From IMG/VR virus record IMGVR_UViG_2534682108_000015, positions 1 through 17,603 of that record: 17,603 nt of DNA; one strand, given 5' to 3'. The position numbers were made by a program, and so were the translations under genes. Origin of the DNA: a virus. Its lineage: Duplodnaviria; Heunggongvirae; Uroviricota; Caudoviricetes. Of the stretch, positions 16,011 through 17,603 are shown in pieces (within the stretch, counting starts at the first letter, position 1; every line of letters starts with the position of its first letter). The notes beneath the pieces were generated by a model, which saw nothing but the letters and a program-made list of their open reading frames with translations, did not search any database and was not told the origin of the DNA.

Positions 16011-16087
16011 GCGCTGTTAGCTCAGTTGGACAGAGCAATTGCCTTCTAAGCAATCGGTCACTGGTTCGAATCCAGTATGGCGCACCA
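16011..16087 (+). tRNA. tRNA-Arg (anticodon UCU)
   Basis: Manual cloverleaf: acceptor GCGCTGT/ATGGCGC, D-arm GCTC/GAGC, anticodon stem ATTGC/GCAAT with loop CTTCTAA, T-arm ACTGG-TTCGAAT-CCAGT, discriminator A, encoded CCA. Confidence 0.9.
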
Positions 16088-16088
16088 T

Positions 16089-16163
<75 letters not shown>

Positions 16164-16636
16164 TAGAGGATTATGGGACAGTATAGTGAGCATTTTTCTG
16201 CGTTACCTTTCATCGGTAAAAATAAGCATACAACAACTATTTATGCTGGCATTAGCTATGATAGTTATTGGTTTTCTCGGAATGTGTTTATTTGTTTACT
16301 ATATTCTTATCGATAACTGATATTTTTGATATTAATCCGGAGTGGTACAAACAAAAATATGAATTCGCTATGGAATCAGGATGTGTAATAAAAATAATAG
16401 TCACTAAGTTATAGTTTTTTTAAAATGTTAAAAACATCACATTTCATTATGTTGGGCACTGGAGAATACCCAGTCGTTTTGTTAAAAATAATTACGCATG
16501 GTGAATCCCCCTAAGCGGAGGGGCAATCAGCAACTGGTGTTTTGTCACCGACCCTTATCCTTTCTGTGCGCAGGTGCTGATACTGAACTCACCGGGAGGC
16601 ACCCGGCACCATGCAAAATTGTCTACACTACCACTG

Positions 16637-16665
16637 TAAAAAGCCCCTCTCCGGAGGGGCTTTTC
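16637..16665. terminator. Bidirectional intrinsic terminator
   Basis: GCCCCTC-TCCG-GAGGGGC (7-bp GC stem) flanked by an A-run (16637-16642) and TTTTC (16661-16665). Confidence 0.6.
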
Positions 16666-16672
16666 TATGGGC

Positions 16673-16700
16673 AAAAAAAAGCCCGCAGTGAGTGGCGGGC
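16673..16700 (-). terminator. Intrinsic terminator for leftward transcripts
   Basis: GCCCGC-AGTGAGTG-GCGGGC preceded on the plus strand by A8 (16673-16680), which is T8 after the hairpin on the minus strand. Confidence 0.55.
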
Positions 16701-16764
16701 GGGTCGCATGAATATACATCAGGTATTTTTATTATCGTGTTCTGATTTCTACCATCTGTGATAA

Positions 16765-16795
16765 GGCTGCGCAACTGCGCGGCCTTTTTCGTTTT
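16765..16795 (+). terminator. Intrinsic terminator-like hairpin upstream of the esterase gene
   Basis: GGCTGCGC-AACT-GCGCGGCC followed by TTTTTCGTTTT. Confidence 0.45.
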
Positions 16796-16883
16796 GCGGG
16801 CTGCGGTTCTCCTCTTTTGATTCTCCGTGTAGCCGGACCGTGGCCCGCAACTGTTGAGGAAAATCCCGGAAAGGGGAGGAATA

Positions 16884-17603
16884 ATGGCATTTAAACACTA
16901 TGACGTGGTCAGGGCGGCGTCGCCGTCAGACCTTGCGGAGCGACTGACACAAAAACTGAAGGAGGGCTGGCAGCCGTTTGGCAGTCCTGTGGCTATCACT
17001 CCTTATACACTGATGCAGGCTATTGCCGCAGAGGGTGATGTGACCACGCCTGTGGTTGTGCCCGACACAGGGGCTGGTGGCTCTCCGGGAGTGGCTATCA
17101 CTGAACCGGAGTATTACTACGTTATTCCCCTGGCCGGGCAGTCGAACGGTATGGCCTATGGTGAGGGGCTTCCTCTGCCGCAGACCTATGATCGCCCTGA
17201 CTCCCGTATTAAGCAGCTGGCCCGTCGCAGCACTGTGACGCCGGGTGGTGATACCTGTGCATACAATGACGTTATTCCGGCAGACCACTGTCTGCATGAT
17301 GTTCAGGACATGAGCGCACTTAACCATCCTCATGCAGACCTGAGTAAGGGCCAGTACGGGACTGTTGGTCAGGGGCTGCATATTGCCAAAAAACTGCTGC
17401 CTTATATCCCGCAGAATGCCGGGATACTTTTGGTGCCCTGTTGCCGTGGCGGGTCTGGTTTAACCGTGGGTAATGACGGCACGTTCAGCGAAACGTCTGG
17501 CGCATCGGCAAATTCAGCCCGCTGGGGAATGGGTAAACCGTTGTATCAGGATTTTCTCTTCCGTACAAAAGCGGCGCTGTCGAAGAACCCGAAAAACAGG
17601 CTT
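16884..17603 (+). CDS. DUF1737 / SASA-domain sialate O-acetylesterase (NanS-p-like), 3'-truncated by the window edge
   Basis: ATG 16884 with strong SD AAGGGGAGGA. Open through base 17603 (240 codons, verified stop-free). Starts MAFKHYDVVRAASPSDLAERL (DUF1737-like) and contains the SASA hallmark LAGQSNGMA. Not in the ORF track because no stop falls within the window. Confidence 0.7.
   Translation, partial: MAFKHYDVVRAASPSDLAERLTQKLKEGWQPFGSPVAITPYTLMQAIAAEGDVTTPVVVPDTGAGGSPGVAITEPEYYYVIPLAGQSNGMAYGEGLPLPQTYDRPDSRIKQLARRSTVTPGGDTCAYNDVIPADHCLHDVQDMSALNHPHADLSKGQYGTVGQGLHIAKKLLPYIPQNAGILLVPCCRGGSGLTVGNDGTFSETSGASANSARWGMGKPLYQDFLFRTKAALSKNPKNRL

Noticed and set aside
16498-16761. 87-aa plus-strand ORF
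   Set aside because: Spans several intrinsic-terminator hairpins; the translation is low-complexity and no RBS is present.
16926-17381. Minus-strand 151-aa ORF
   Set aside because: Antisense to the esterase gene, which is continuously open with a strong SD and carries the GQSN motif.

Overview
The whole window lies inside a lambdoid prophage with E. coli-type gene content. From left to right: a P4-type tyrosine integrase starts at base 1 (the att site is off-window), followed by an AT-rich orphan gene and a leftward early operon (AlpA-like Xis, HD-domain YfdR-like, YfdQ-like, YfdP-like). The immunity region has a CI repressor with an S24 peptidase domain, a divergent Cro and a CII-like gene. 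Then come Rha, an iteron-containing replication initiator, a nin-like block (PerC-like, LexA-DNA-binding-domain-only protein, RusA, KilA-N, DUF968) and antiterminator Q. Between Q and the late region sits about 3.5 kb of accessory cargo: a convergent AT-rich two-gene cassette with RexA/RexB-like architecture whose first gene is split by an in-frame TGA, a small wHTH gene, a 5' fragment of a DNA methyltransferase, and an AT-rich secreted-protein gene. Two tRNA genes (Arg-UCU, Gly-UCC), a terminator cluster and a DUF1737/SASA (NanS-p-like) esterase gene running off the right edge complete the window. No CRISPR array, rRNA or toxin genes were seen. The best candidates for an undescribed system are the cassette at 12850-14249 and the int-proximal orphan ORF at 1395-2528. 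Two consensus-grade LexA boxes, taken together with the phage-encoded LexA-DBD protein, are a further lead. All calls come from reading the sequence and ORF translations; no database search was run.
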